64,000 nucleotides of DNA from an uncultured Trueperaceae bacterium (GTDB lineage: Bacteria > Deinococcota > Deinococci > Deinococcales > Trueperaceae), in the NCBI GenBank assembly GCA_963799485.1, contig CAWCXJ010000007.1, forward strand, positions 288,001 to 352,000, written 5' to 3'. This document shows positions 42,767-52,946 of this stretch, piece after piece. Position 1 is the first letter of the stretch. The number at the start of each line of letters is the position of its first letter. The position numbers and the translations under genes were made by a program. The notes beneath the pieces are model-generated. The model was given only the letters and a program-made list of their open reading frames with translations, searched no databases and was not told the origin of the DNA.

Positions 42767-43882
42767 CTATTGGTCTCCGCTTAAGCCGAGTTCTTGCCTC
42801 AGCGCGTAGACCTCATCGGAACTCAGGCCGGCGTCACGCACAGGCGTGATGTCCGCAGCAGTATAGGGTTGAAAGTTTTGCAGCGCGTCGGCGTTGCCCC
42901 AGGCATTTGAAGCGTAGTTGAGAACGTTGGCGATATCCTCGTCTGAAAGCTGTTGCCATGCGGGCATAACGCCGTTATAGGTCTGACCTTGAACCTGGAT
43001 TTCCCCCTGCAAACCGTACAAAAGGAGGTTGATAAGGTAGCTGCGGTCGGCGTTGTAAAGTACCGGAACGTGACCTGCAAGGGGCGGAAACGCGCCCGCA
43101 ACGCCCTGCCCGGTCGCTTGATGACACGCAGCGCAGTTAGCCGTGTAAACTGCTTCGCCGGCACTCAAGTCCAGCTGAGCGGGTTGAGCCTGACCGGCTT
43201 GGGCTTGCGTGGGTTGCGCAGGTGACGACGCGGCCTGCTGCGGTTGCGCGGGTTGTTGGGCCGGTGGTTGAGTAGGTTGCGCCTGAGCCTGCTGAGCCGT
43301 ATTTGCCGGTGCTGTACTTGCGGGGGTAGCAGGTGCCGCTAGCGCTTCGGTGATGGGGCCGAGTCCCCTTTCGGCAACGAGGGAAATCGCCTCGTCAATA
43401 GGAATGCGGGCTGTTTGTTCCCCTTCGTTCGGCGCCGTAACGCTTATCGCGTTGGTCGCCTCGAGCAGCGTCCTTTGATACTGCGTTTCGTCAGCCGGGG
43501 TGTAGCGGCCCTGAGGGCCGCTCGAGGCCAGCGTCAAGATAAAAACGATCAGCGCGACGCCGGCGACGTTGCTGGCGATAAACAGGTTGCGTAACCCCTT
43601 GGGCGAGATCAGGTAATTGCGCGCTTTGGGTGCGTGCGTCTCTTCTGCCGGTTCCGGGATAACGCGGGCGACTTTAGCGTTATCTTCGGGCCGGGTTAGC
43701 GGGCGACTTTGCCTCTCCTCGGCGTCGAGCTTGGCTTGACCAGAAACACCGGCTTCGTCTTCGGCGATATTTTCTCGGTCGTCCTGCGTCTTCTGGTTAG
43801 GTCGCAGGTCTTCAGCTTCGCGCTGCACTTCTTTTGGATCGTCGCCGGGATTGTGATTCTTGGCGTTATGTTTATCAGTCAT
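42767..43882 (-). CDS. ActG-like subunit fused to a C-terminal class I cytochrome c
   Basis: TM helix, RIPIDEAI motif, Q/P/A linker, CAACH...GVMPAW. Confidence 0.75.
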   Translation of the reverse strand: MTDKHNAKNHNPGDDPKEVQREAEDLRPNQKTQDDRENIAEDEAGVSGQAKLDAEERQSRPLTRPEDNAKVARVIPEPAEETHAPKARNYLISPKGLRNLFIASNVAGVALIVFILTLASSGPQGRYTPADETQYQRTLLEATNAISVTAPNEGEQTARIPIDEAISLVAERGLGPITEALAAPATPASTAPANTAQQAQAQPTQPPAQQPAQPQQAASSPAQPTQAQAGQAQPAQLDLSAGEAVYTANCAACHQATGQGVAGAFPPLAGHVPVLYNADRSYLINLLLYGLQGEIQVQGQTYNGVMPAWQQLSDEDIANVLNYASNAWGNADALQNFQPYTAADITPVRDAGLSSDEVYALRQELGLSGDQ

Positions 43883-45074
43883 GGGCAGCTGCTCCCATCA
43901 GCTCGGGTTCGATACGTGGGTCGTGGGCGGGTAGGATTGAAGTCGACTTGAGCCGCCGGAAAAAGAAGCTCAACCAGATGCCGCCGAACGCCAAGATAAG
44001 CGCAACGTCAAGCAACCTAAAGGCGCTGCCGGGTCGTTCGAAGGTCGGGACGATAATCCAGTAGATGTCTACGATTCGCATCAAGATCATCCAGCCGGCT
44101 ATCCACACGAGCGCGCGGCCCTTTTGTTTGACCCAGCGAGAAAACAAGATTATGAAGGGGGCGATAAAGTGAAAGAGAAGCAGAAACGAGCTGACCCAGA
44201 CCCAACCGGACTCGAGGCGCGTTACGTACCAGGTGTTCGTTTCAACGACGTTGTTCGACCAGAGAATAATCAGCTGCGACATCTGCACGTAGGCCCAGAA
44301 CATCGTAAACGCCATTAAAAAGTTGCCGTAATCTTGGAGGCGGGCTGCGTTTAAGACTTTGGGCAGCGGTTCGACCTCCTGAAAGCTGACGAGCAGCAAG
44401 ATCAGGAGCGACACAGCGCTGATCAGCTGACCGATCATAAAAATGACGCCGTACATCCCCGAAAACCACTCCGGCGTCAGCGACATCCCCCAGTCGAACG
44501 CCGCAAAGGTCATCGTCACGACAAACATCAGCACGCCGAGTGCGCCCGCATTCTTCATCTGCTGGGTCATCCCCGGATCGCCCGCGTCTTGCCGCTTCGA
44601 CCAACCCTGAAAAAGCCGAACGAGAATGCCCCAGGTGGCAAAGTAGATGACGGTTCGGACGATAAAGAAGGGGATATTGAGATAGCCCGTTTTGAGTTCA
44701 ACGAAGGGGTGCGTTGCGACGTAAGCCGGGTCGGTCCACACATACAGGCTTCTCAGACCGAGGAGGATGGGGATTACTAAAACTGCCATCATAAAGATGT
44801 TGCTTGCCCCCGCCTCTAAAAAGCGTCGTGCGATGGCACCCCAAGGGCCGCCCGCTAAGTGCTGAAGCATCAGCAGCGCGAGGCAACCGAGTGTCAGCCC
44901 GATCCAGAAGAAAAAACCGACCAGATACGACTGGAAAAAAGCGGTAAGGCCGCCACTAAGCGGCACGAGGATAACGGCTAAAACGAGCCCTAGGACGCCG
45001 ACAACCGTGGCGAGGCTTTGAGCACGCCCGAGGCGCGCCTGATATGATTCGGAAGAAGTATCGGTGCGGCTCAC
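43875..45074 (-). CDS. actF: Alternative complex III subunit ActF
   Basis: About 10 TM, DW.MSL.P.WFS, FWAY...SQ..I.W; operon position. Confidence 0.88.
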   Translation of the reverse strand: MSRTDTSSESYQARLGRAQSLATVVGVLGLVLAVILVPLSGGLTAFFQSYLVGFFFWIGLTLGCLALLMLQHLAGGPWGAIARRFLEAGASNIFMMAVLVIPILLGLRSLYVWTDPAYVATHPFVELKTGYLNIPFFIVRTVIYFATWGILVRLFQGWSKRQDAGDPGMTQQMKNAGALGVLMFVVTMTFAAFDWGMSLTPEWFSGMYGVIFMIGQLISAVSLLILLLVSFQEVEPLPKVLNAARLQDYGNFLMAFTMFWAYVQMSQLIILWSNNVVETNTWYVTRLESGWVWVSSFLLLFHFIAPFIILFSRWVKQKGRALVWIAGWMILMRIVDIYWIIVPTFERPGSAFRLLDVALILAFGGIWLSFFFRRLKSTSILPAHDPRIEPELMGAAAHD

Positions 45075-45718
45075 TAATCGGCTCCTTCGGTGTTGGCAGC
45101 AACCCGGTCGGTATTTTGGTCGGTGTTCTGTGCAGTTGTCGATGTTTGGTCCGTAGCAGCTTGCGTGAGCTGTTGCCGCACGTTTTCGGGTAGGTCGGCG
45201 ATGGGGGCGTTTTGGGAGTACTGGAGCGTCTTGATATAGGCTGAAATGGCCCAGCGGTCTTCGGGAGGAACCCTCGAGGCGTACGAGTACATCCGCCCAA
45301 AACCGTTGGTGATCGTATTAAAAAAGTAACCGACGGGGGCAGCCTGTAAACGTGGGTCGTGAAACGAGGTCGGCTGAACGAACCCTTTTTGAACGATCAT
45401 CCCGCGTCCGTTGCCCGAATAGTTGTGGCACGGTGCGCAGTAGATATTGTAGCGCTCCTGACCGCGTTTCAAGACGGCTTCAGTCACGTCCATCGGGACT
45501 TCGGTGACGAGGCCGTTGGCGTCTTGTCCGGTAAAGAAAACTTCATCGATAGCCCCGCGGCTCCGCGACACGGTGCCGTCGACCAGCGGCCTCGAGGAAG
45601 CCCCGTCAGCGAAAAGTAGCGAAGGCTCGTCTTCTTGGTATTTGGCTTGTTCGTACATGTTGCGCCCACAGCCGGTAAGCACTAGCAGCAGGGCCGCGAT
45701 AAAAAGTAACCGCGTCAT
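45074..45718 (-). CDS. actE: Alternative complex III monoheme lipoprotein ActE
   Basis: LTGC lipobox, CAPCH, G.M.SYA. Confidence 0.9.
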   Translation of the reverse strand: MTRLLFIAALLLVLTGCGRNMYEQAKYQEDEPSLLFADGASSRPLVDGTVSRSRGAIDEVFFTGQDANGLVTEVPMDVTEAVLKRGQERYNIYCAPCHNYSGNGRGMIVQKGFVQPTSFHDPRLQAAPVGYFFNTITNGFGRMYSYASRVPPEDRWAISAYIKTLQYSQNAPIADLPENVRQQLTQAATDQTSTTAQNTDQNTDRVAANTEGAD

Positions 45719-45719
45719 C

Positions 45720-46298
45720 TTAAACCTCGACCTTGGAAACGCGGAGTGGGCCCAGCGCCCTCAAGAACTCGCCGGTTTCGTCTGCGTCGAACTTTTCGTC
45801 GGTTGCCTCGATACAGAGAAAAAAGTGGTCGCGGGTTGCCGCCCCGAAGTTCGGTGTATTGAAAATAGAGTGGTAGGGCTGCGGCAAACCGTTACGGGCG
45901 AGCATAAAAAGTCCGGCGGTAAAGGCGGCGAAAAGAATCGTAGATTCAAACGTAATCACGATGAAGTTGGGCCACGAGTTGAGCGGTTTGCCGCCGATAT
46001 TGAGCGGGTAAAAGATGGCGTTGGCATAGTACTGCATGGCAAACGCGGCGAGACCGCCTGTAATTCCCATAAAAAGGACGAACCAACCCAAACGGGTATT
46101 GGTCATGCCCAAGGCTTCGTCGAGTCCGTTGACCGGGAAAGGGGTATAGGCGTCCATCTTTTTGTAACCTGCTTCACGGGCCTGGTTTGCGGCGTCGATC
46201 ACCGCTTCGGGCGTATCGAACTCGGCGACGACGCCGTACAGGTCGGTGTTCGCGTCGGGAGCCGCTGCTAGCGGTTTAACGTCGATGTGCGTAGTCAT
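45720..46298 (-). CDS. actD: Alternative complex III subunit ActD (DUF3341)
   Basis: AEF, YTPFPV.GLDEALG, NIGGKP..SWP.FI.ITFE. Confidence 0.92.
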   Translation of the reverse strand: MTTHIDVKPLAAAPDANTDLYGVVAEFDTPEAVIDAANQAREAGYKKMDAYTPFPVNGLDEALGMTNTRLGWFVLFMGITGGLAAFAMQYYANAIFYPLNIGGKPLNSWPNFIVITFESTILFAAFTAGLFMLARNGLPQPYHSIFNTPNFGAATRDHFFLCIEATDEKFDADETGEFLRALGPLRVSKVEV

Positions 46299-47710
46299 CA
46301 GCCCACCTCCCCGGGCATAGCTTCATGGGTGCCGCCGTGATGTTTGTCGTGGTGAACCAGCTCCTTGATTTCCGAGGTGGCAATCGACGGGAGCAGACGG
46401 ATAAAGACGAACCAGAGCGACAAAAAGAGACCCATCGAGCCGATAAAGAGCGACCAGTCGAATACGGTAGGGTAATAGTTGCCCCAGGAAGAGGGTAAAA
46501 AGTCGCGGGTCAGGGTGATGGCGACGATGACGTAGCGCTCGAGCCACATTCCCACCGATACAATCAGCGCGATCACAAACAAGGCTACGTTCGACTGCCG
46601 GACGCGCTTAAACCAAAGGGGCTGAATAGCAAGTCCGTTACAGATAATCAGCGCCCAAAATGCCCAGGCGTAGTCGCCGAAGACGCGGTTATACGCCATA
46701 AACCGTTCGTACTCAACGCCCGAATACCAGGCGATAAAGAGCTCGATGATGTAGCCGTAAAGTACGATCATGCCGGTGGCGAACATGACCTTGGCGCAGT
46801 TGTCGAGGTGCTTTTTGGTGATAAGACCCTCGAGCCCAAACGCCCGCCGGAGCGGAATCCCCAAAATCAGCACCATTGCAAACCCGGCGTAAACAGCCCC
46901 GGCGACGAAGTAGGGCGGCGCGATGGTGTTGTTCCAACCCGGCAGCTGCGCGACGGCGAAGTCCATGGCAATCGTCGAGTGAACCGACAACACCAACGGC
47001 GTTGATAGGGCCGCCAATAAGAGGTAGGCCCGCTGATAGCGCTGCCAGTGTTTGGCCGAACCGCGCCAGCCGAGCGCCAGCGTGCCGTAAAAGAGGCGAG
47101 GGAAAACGTGGGTGGCTTTATCGCGCATCGAAGCCAAATCGGGAACCAGCCCGATAAACCAGAACAGCGCCGAAACCGAAGCGTAGGTCGAAATAGCAAA
47201 CACGTCCCAGTCGAGCGGACTGCGAAACTGCGGCCAGAGGCCGTAAGTGTTCGGGTAGGGGAAAAGCCAGTAGAAGAGCCACGGACGCCCCAGGTGTAAA
47301 ATCGGCCCGAGACCCGCAACAACAACGGCAAAGAGTGTCATCGCCTCGGCAAAGCGGTTGATCGAGGTGCGCCAGTCCTGCCTAAAAAGAAGCAAAATTG
47401 CCGAAATAAGCGTTCCGGCGTGACCGATACCGATCCACCAGACGAAGTTGATGATCGGGAAAGCCCAGGCGACGGGGATATTGTTCCCGAAAATGCCGGT
47501 TCCGCGGATGATCAGCGTAACGACCGTGTAGAGCCACAGCATCAGCAAAACAAACCCGATCGCAAACCCCAAAAACCACCAGCGCGGGGTGCGCGTTGGA
47601 TTTCTAAAAATCGGACGGGTGACCACATCATCGACGCCGCCGTAAGACTGTCCCGGAGCGATCACCCGGTTGGTTTCCTGAACCCGCCGCCGTCTCGGTT
47701 GAACAGCCAT
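46298..47710 (-). CDS. actC: Alternative complex III NrfD/PsrC-type subunit ActC
   Basis: NFVWWIGIGHAGTLISA, INRFAEAMT, HLGRPW, PLVLSVH; ATG 47710. Confidence 0.95.
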   Translation of the reverse strand: MAVQPRRRRVQETNRVIAPGQSYGGVDDVVTRPIFRNPTRTPRWWFLGFAIGFVLLMLWLYTVVTLIIRGTGIFGNNIPVAWAFPIINFVWWIGIGHAGTLISAILLLFRQDWRTSINRFAEAMTLFAVVVAGLGPILHLGRPWLFYWLFPYPNTYGLWPQFRSPLDWDVFAISTYASVSALFWFIGLVPDLASMRDKATHVFPRLFYGTLALGWRGSAKHWQRYQRAYLLLAALSTPLVLSVHSTIAMDFAVAQLPGWNNTIAPPYFVAGAVYAGFAMVLILGIPLRRAFGLEGLITKKHLDNCAKVMFATGMIVLYGYIIELFIAWYSGVEYERFMAYNRVFGDYAWAFWALIICNGLAIQPLWFKRVRQSNVALFVIALIVSVGMWLERYVIVAITLTRDFLPSSWGNYYPTVFDWSLFIGSMGLFLSLWFVFIRLLPSIATSEIKELVHHDKHHGGTHEAMPGEVG

Positions 47711-50700
47711 CAGAGTTCTCCTGTCGTCTCGGTTCCGGCTTCGGCTAGAGCCGGGTTCGGATTGCTGAGCTTTGCCAGATAAGTTGTGCGCGGCTGCGTA
47801 TTGAGTTCGGTCAGTACACCGTAGTTTAGGACTGAACGCTTGGCAGCGACGACTGTACTCTCTTCGTTGTTGAGGTCGCCGAAGATGATGGCGTTGGTAG
47901 GACACGCGCCTTGACAGGCGGTCACAACCTCACCAGGGCGGATGGGGCGGCGTTCGTTGCCGGCGTAGATGTTCGCTTTACGGATACGCTGAATGCAGTA
48001 GGTGCACTTTTCCATGACCCCACGGCTCCGCACCGTGACTTGGGGATTGGCGAGCATCGCCAGACTGGTCTCCTCGAGTTCGCTGTACTGCAAGAAGTTA
48101 AAACGGCGCACCTTGTAAGGGCAGTTGTTCGAGCAGTAGCGGGTACCAACGCAGCGGTTATAGATCATCACGTTGAGACCCTCGTAGTCGTGAACTGTCG
48201 CGCCGACCGGACAGACGGGTTCGCACGGCGCTTGCTCGCACATCTGACACGCCATCGGCATACTGTAAAAAGTCGGGTCGTCAATGCTACCGGAGTAGTA
48301 GGCGTCGACGCGAATCCAGTGCATCTCGCGGCCTACTGCCACCTGGTCTTTACCGACGATCGGGATGTTGTTTTCGGACTGACAGGCGATGACGCAGGCG
48401 TTACACGAGGTGCAGACGTTCATATCGATGACCATGCCCCACTTGTTACCGGGGTAGCTGTAGTCGGCGTAGAGGTCAGATTCGACTTCTGGAACGGGAT
48501 TGACAAAACTTGGCTCTTCGGGTTCTGCGACAAGTTCGGCTAGCGTGCCGTACCGGACAATATGGCGGTTCTCGACCCCTTTGGTGTCGAGCGAGAAGTG
48601 CATCTGGGTGCTGACGAGGTTGTAGCGGGCCCCGGTCGGAGTCAGCTGTGCGCCCGTAGCGTGCCAGTAGGCCGCGGAGGTGCGAAGGGTGTTTACGTCA
48701 AACCCAACGCCGGTACCGATATGTCCGGCGTTCTCGCGGCCATAGCCGGTATGTAAAACGACGAGGTTGTCCGCTTGACCGGGCACCAGCCAGATGGGCA
48801 GCTCGAGGTTTCTTTGCCCCACGGTGACGCGCACCATATCGCCGTTACTGAGCCCCCGGCGTTCGGCTAAGGCCGGCGCGATCAAAGCGGCGTTGTCCCA
48901 GGTGAGTTTGGTAAACGGTTTGGGCAGTTCTTGCAACCAGCCGTTGTTGCTGTAGCGACCGTCCAAGATACTCGGGTCGAGCCTGAAAGCGACCTCGAGC
49001 CCCTCCCCCTCACCTGCGGGCGCAACCTGCGTTGCTGGTGCTGCGAGTGCGTCCGCCTGAAGCGTGAGCTGAGCCAGCGGCGCGTAACCCGTTCCCTTCA
49101 CGGCACCTAGATAGACCGTCTGCCGCCAGAAGTCGTCGAAGTTATCGACTTGATCGCGGTAGGTCGCTTGCACCAGCTCGAGCGGACTCGAGTCGGTGTC
49201 GCCCAAGATGGCGGCGAGTACCCGGTGCGACGAAATGCCGTTATAAAACGGGTCGATAAGCTGCTGCATAATCGTCGCCGTACCGTCGAAGGCGCGTGCG
49301 TCGCTCCAGGTCTCGAGTTCATGTGTTTGCGGCACGTGCCAGGTCGAGAGCGCGGAGGTTTCGTCCTGATACAAACTGAGGTGGGCGCTAAAGGGGACGT
49401 TCGTCAAGGCCTGGGCGAAGTCCAGATCGGCGGGGGCGGCGTAGACCGGATTACCGCCCAGCATCAGCAAAACCTGGACGTTGCCGTTACTGACCGCTTC
49501 GGTCAGCGTGCGAAGCGACTCGAGCGGGTCGTTCGGTCGCAGCTCTACTGGTTCGGTGTAAAAAACAGTCGTCCCGACGCTTCCGAGTGCGGCGTTCATC
49601 GCGTGGGCGAGCACGTGGACTTCAGCGGGTTGTTCGGCCCCGGCGACGACCACGCAGCGACCGTTCGCGCTTTGCAGGTCTTCGACGAGCGCTTGAGTCC
49701 AGGCCGCCGTAAGTCCTTCCGGAGCCTCACCCACGGCACCCTGAAGCCCGAGTTGGGCGCCGATGTGACGCGCCGCTGCTACAACCTGGGTGGGTCTTAA
49801 AACGACGCGGTGATCGGCCATGCCGCTGGTGATCGTGGGTGTGACCGCGAGGGCGTAAACGCGGTTCATCGTGTCGTCGGCGCTGCGTACCCGGCGGCGT
49901 TCTGAAAAACCTTTGTTATAGGCGAGTTGTCCCGGCCCCGGCCCGAGGAAGTCGGCGTCTAAAGACAACACCACGTCGGCGTTGGCAAAGTCGTAGCGTG
50001 TCTGCACGGGTCGTCCGAACGCTTGCACGGCGCCCGCATGAGCACCTGTTTGTAATCCGTCGAACTGGTGCCACTGCGCCTGCGGGTACTGACGTAACAC
50101 CTCGGCGAGCTGCCGCGCCAGCGTCGGTGAGGTTACGGTCTCGCTCAGGATGTGAAACCCGGCCCCGCCCCGAAGCCCGGCAAGTGCGGTAGTAAAAACC
50201 CGCATGAACTCGTCGAAACTGCTTTCGTTACCACCACTGACGACAAATTGCGAACGGTCGGGGTCGTAAAGCGCCAGCGTATTGGCCTGCATGTAGGGGC
50301 TCGAGCTACCTAAACTGTCGGGATGGTCGGGGTTGCCCTCGACCTTGATGGGGCGGCCCTGAACAGTTTCCATCAGCACCCCCTGGGCGTAACCACCGTA
50401 AGTCAGCGCCGAGGCAAAATAAAGGGGTTCGTCGGGGACGATCTCTTCGGGCGCTCTAACGTAGGGGGCGAACTTGTCTTGCTGATAGGGGCGTACACAC
50501 GAGGTCAGACCGGCGAGCGCCAGCGACGCACCCAGAAGCTTGATAAACCTGCGCCGGTCGAGCGAGCTTTCTAGCGGCGCAGCCTGACGCGGAAACTCTT
50601 TCGTTAAAAACTCTTCAAATTCAGGAGTCTCGGCGAGTTCTTCTAAGCTGCGCCAATAGGCTGGACCTTTTTGCGACTCCAACCGCGTGCGGATTTGAGC

Positions 50701-50775
50701 TAGATCGAGCGGCTTGACGGGGGTCGTAGTATCTGATGTGTCTGATTGTGTGTCCAAAATAGGTTCCGTCCTCAT
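47710..50775 (-). CDS. actB: Alternative complex III subunit ActB (molybdopterin-oxidoreductase-like plus Fe-S domain)
   Basis: YWRSLEE, twin-Arg RRRFIKL, GRPIKVEGNPDHP, four Cys clusters including CVGTRYCSNNCP. Confidence 0.95.
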   Translation of the reverse strand: MRTEPILDTQSDTSDTTTPVKPLDLAQIRTRLESQKGPAYWRSLEELAETPEFEEFLTKEFPRQAAPLESSLDRRRFIKLLGASLALAGLTSCVRPYQQDKFAPYVRAPEEIVPDEPLYFASALTYGGYAQGVLMETVQGRPIKVEGNPDHPDSLGSSSPYMQANTLALYDPDRSQFVVSGGNESSFDEFMRVFTTALAGLRGGAGFHILSETVTSPTLARQLAEVLRQYPQAQWHQFDGLQTGAHAGAVQAFGRPVQTRYDFANADVVLSLDADFLGPGPGQLAYNKGFSERRRVRSADDTMNRVYALAVTPTITSGMADHRVVLRPTQVVAAARHIGAQLGLQGAVGEAPEGLTAAWTQALVEDLQSANGRCVVVAGAEQPAEVHVLAHAMNAALGSVGTTVFYTEPVELRPNDPLESLRTLTEAVSNGNVQVLLMLGGNPVYAAPADLDFAQALTNVPFSAHLSLYQDETSALSTWHVPQTHELETWSDARAFDGTATIMQQLIDPFYNGISSHRVLAAILGDTDSSPLELVQATYRDQVDNFDDFWRQTVYLGAVKGTGYAPLAQLTLQADALAAPATQVAPAGEGEGLEVAFRLDPSILDGRYSNNGWLQELPKPFTKLTWDNAALIAPALAERRGLSNGDMVRVTVGQRNLELPIWLVPGQADNLVVLHTGYGRENAGHIGTGVGFDVNTLRTSAAYWHATGAQLTPTGARYNLVSTQMHFSLDTKGVENRHIVRYGTLAELVAEPEEPSFVNPVPEVESDLYADYSYPGNKWGMVIDMNVCTSCNACVIACQSENNIPIVGKDQVAVGREMHWIRVDAYYSGSIDDPTFYSMPMACQMCEQAPCEPVCPVGATVHDYEGLNVMIYNRCVGTRYCSNNCPYKVRRFNFLQYSELEETSLAMLANPQVTVRSRGVMEKCTYCIQRIRKANIYAGNERRPIRPGEVVTACQGACPTNAIIFGDLNNEESTVVAAKRSVLNYGVLTELNTQPRTTYLAKLSNPNPALAEAGTETTGEL

Positions 50776-50785
50776 CCGTGGGATC

Positions 50786-51439
50786 TCAGCGGTGGCAGAT
50801 TGAGCAGTTGGCGAGCGCGTCGGCGTTGATGTTATAGGCCTTGACAAGTCTGCGGCCTAACTCGAGCTGGTTCTCAGGGGGTTCATACGCCATATTAAAG
50901 ACCTCTTCGCGGGGCCGAATATATTTTGCCGGGGCGCGGTGGCATTCCAGACACCAGCCCATCGTTTGTGGCTGCGCCTTCCAGATCGCCGACATCTGAT
51001 CGACGCGCCCGTGACAGTAACTACACCCGACGCCGTTATTAATATGCGCGCCGTGATTGAAATAAACGAAGTCGGCAAGGTCGTGAACGCGGTTCCAGAC
51101 GATTGGCGTTCCTGTCTCCCAACTTTCGTAAACCGCCGAAAGCTGCGGCGCGCCAACGCGAATTTGCGAGTGACAGGTCATACAGACTTCGGTCGGGGGG
51201 ATATTTGAATACGCCGCAACCTCGACCGAGTAGTGACAGTAGCGGCAGTCGAGGCCGAGTTCACCGGCGTGCAGCGAGTGCTGAAAGCCCACGGGTTGTG
51301 CGACCGGCACCCCGACACGGTTTCTGTCGGTACGGGCAAAAACGACGAGCGCGGTAACAAGCGCAACAACAAATACGATCCCGCCGATAACGCTCCATTT
51401 GGCGAAGGTGTTCGAGTTGGGAGGCAAAATTTGCGGCAT
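50786..51439 (-). CDS. actA: Alternative complex III pentaheme cytochrome ActA
   Basis: N-terminal TM, five CxxCH motifs, MGWCLECH. Confidence 0.95.
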   Translation of the reverse strand: MPQILPPNSNTFAKWSVIGGIVFVVALVTALVVFARTDRNRVGVPVAQPVGFQHSLHAGELGLDCRYCHYSVEVAAYSNIPPTEVCMTCHSQIRVGAPQLSAVYESWETGTPIVWNRVHDLADFVYFNHGAHINNGVGCSYCHGRVDQMSAIWKAQPQTMGWCLECHRAPAKYIRPREEVFNMAYEPPENQLELGRRLVKAYNINADALANCSICHR

Positions 51440-51526
51440 TTAAGAGACCGTCCTAACGTCTGGATACGCCTGCCGACCGGCGGCTGGGGTGAGGGGCTGC
51501 AGCGTCACAAAAATAACACCTTTCAT
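51440..51526 (-). CDS. Possible leaderless uORF (28 aa) abutting actA
   Basis: TATAAT (51534-51539), 7 nt, ATG 51526 ... TAA immediately followed by the actA ATG. Confidence 0.35.
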   Translation of the reverse strand: MKGVIFVTLQPLTPAAGRQAYPDVRTVS

Positions 51527-51935
51527 AAGGAGCATTATAGCCGGATTAAGAGCTTCTGAAACGGGTGAGGTCGCCACCGTTGCCGGTACGTTGACGGGAG
51601 TGCCCTCGGACACGGATGGCTTCAAGGCGTTGTAAGGTTGCAGTCGTGACACAGCCAGAGTCGTGAGTATGTCAACACCCCTTCCTGCGGTATACCCTAC
51701 GTTTACGTTGCACGTTTATGTTGCAAGGTGACCCCGCTTTTGAGAAACCGCACTAGACAGCTTCCCGGTCGGGCAAAAGGCCACGAAAAACGATAGGCTA
51801 GACTAAATTACCACAAGCACAACCGGGCACCCCTGGGACGTTTGTCCTAAGCGTCCCCGACGTACTAAACCTGAATTTTGAATCAAGCTTGTGCGGGCAG
51901 TAACGGCGTATCGGGTCGGCGTCTCAGCAACTTGA

Positions 51936-52946
51936 GTGAGGATGGTATCTTTGGAAGCAGTGATAGATGAACATACCTTTACGCCCCCATCTACCAACAC
52001 CCATGCCGATCTGCTGCACGCCGTGCAGGTCTTGAAACGCGGCAAGGTCGTCGCTTTTCCTACCGAAACGGTCTATGGCCTCGGTGCGGACGCCGCGAAC
52101 GAACGTGCGGTTGGGCAGCTCTTTCGTCTTAAAGGTCGTCCGGCGAGTCACCCCGTCATCGTGCATCTGCCGAGCGCCGCGCATCTAGAAAGGTGGGCGA
52201 GAGCTATTCCTGAAACGGCGTGGCGTTTGGCTGAAGCATTTTGGCCGGGCCCACTGACGCTGATTCTAGCGCGGCAGCCGTGGGTCGGCGACGTTCTGAC
52301 CGGGGCTCAGACAACGGTGGGGGTGCGCGTCCCGGCGCATCCGGTAGCCCTGGAGTTGCTGGAGCGTTTCGGCGGCGGGGTCGCGGCACCCTCGGCGAAC
52401 CGTTTCGGTCGCATCTCGCCGACGACGGCTGAACACGTTCGGGCCGAGTTTGGCGACGCGCTGCCGATTCTCGACGGGGGGGCGGCGCAGGTCGGGCTCG
52501 AGTCCACCATTCTCGATTTGAGCGGGAGCGTCCCAAGGATTTTACGTCCCGGTGGTGTTGCTGCGGCAGCACTAGAAGAGGTGTTGCAGGTAGCCGTTTG
52601 GGGCGTGCCGGTGTCAACATCACCGCGCGTTTCGGGCAGCCTCAAAAGTCACTACGCGCCGCAGACCCCGGCCTTTTTGGTGGCAGATGCCGCAACGCGT
52701 AGCCAAGCCGCCGACGCCGTGCTAAGCCGCAAACCTCGGGCTTCGGTGTTGAGCAAGGTTTGGCTGACACTGCCGGACGACCCCGAAGCTTACGGTCGGG
52801 CGCTCTACGCTGCGCTCCGCGAACTCGACGCGTCCGGCGCGGCGCGCATCTTTATCGAAACTGTTCCCGACACCCCGGTTTGGGTGGCGGTTTGCGACCG
52901 TTTGGCTCGAGCCACCGCTTCGGCGTGGGAGGAAACTCGTGGCTGA
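51936..52946 (+). CDS. sua5: L-threonylcarbamoyladenylate synthase Sua5/TsaC (start uncertain)
   Basis: [35 protein letters not shown] plus SUA5 domain. Confidence 0.95.
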   Translation: MRMVSLEAVIDEHTFTPPSTNTHADLLHAVQVLKRGKVVAFPTETVYGLGADAANERAVGQLFRLKGRPASHPVIVHLPSAAHLERWARAIPETAWRLAEAFWPGPLTLILARQPWVGDVLTGAQTTVGVRVPAHPVALELLERFGGGVAAPSANRFGRISPTTAEHVRAEFGDALPILDGGAAQVGLESTILDLSGSVPRILRPGGVAAAALEEVLQVAVWGVPVSTSPRVSGSLKSHYAPQTPAFLVADAATRSQAADAVLSRKPRASVLSKVWLTLPDDPEAYGRALYAALRELDASGAARIFIETVPDTPVWVAVCDRLARATASAWEETRG

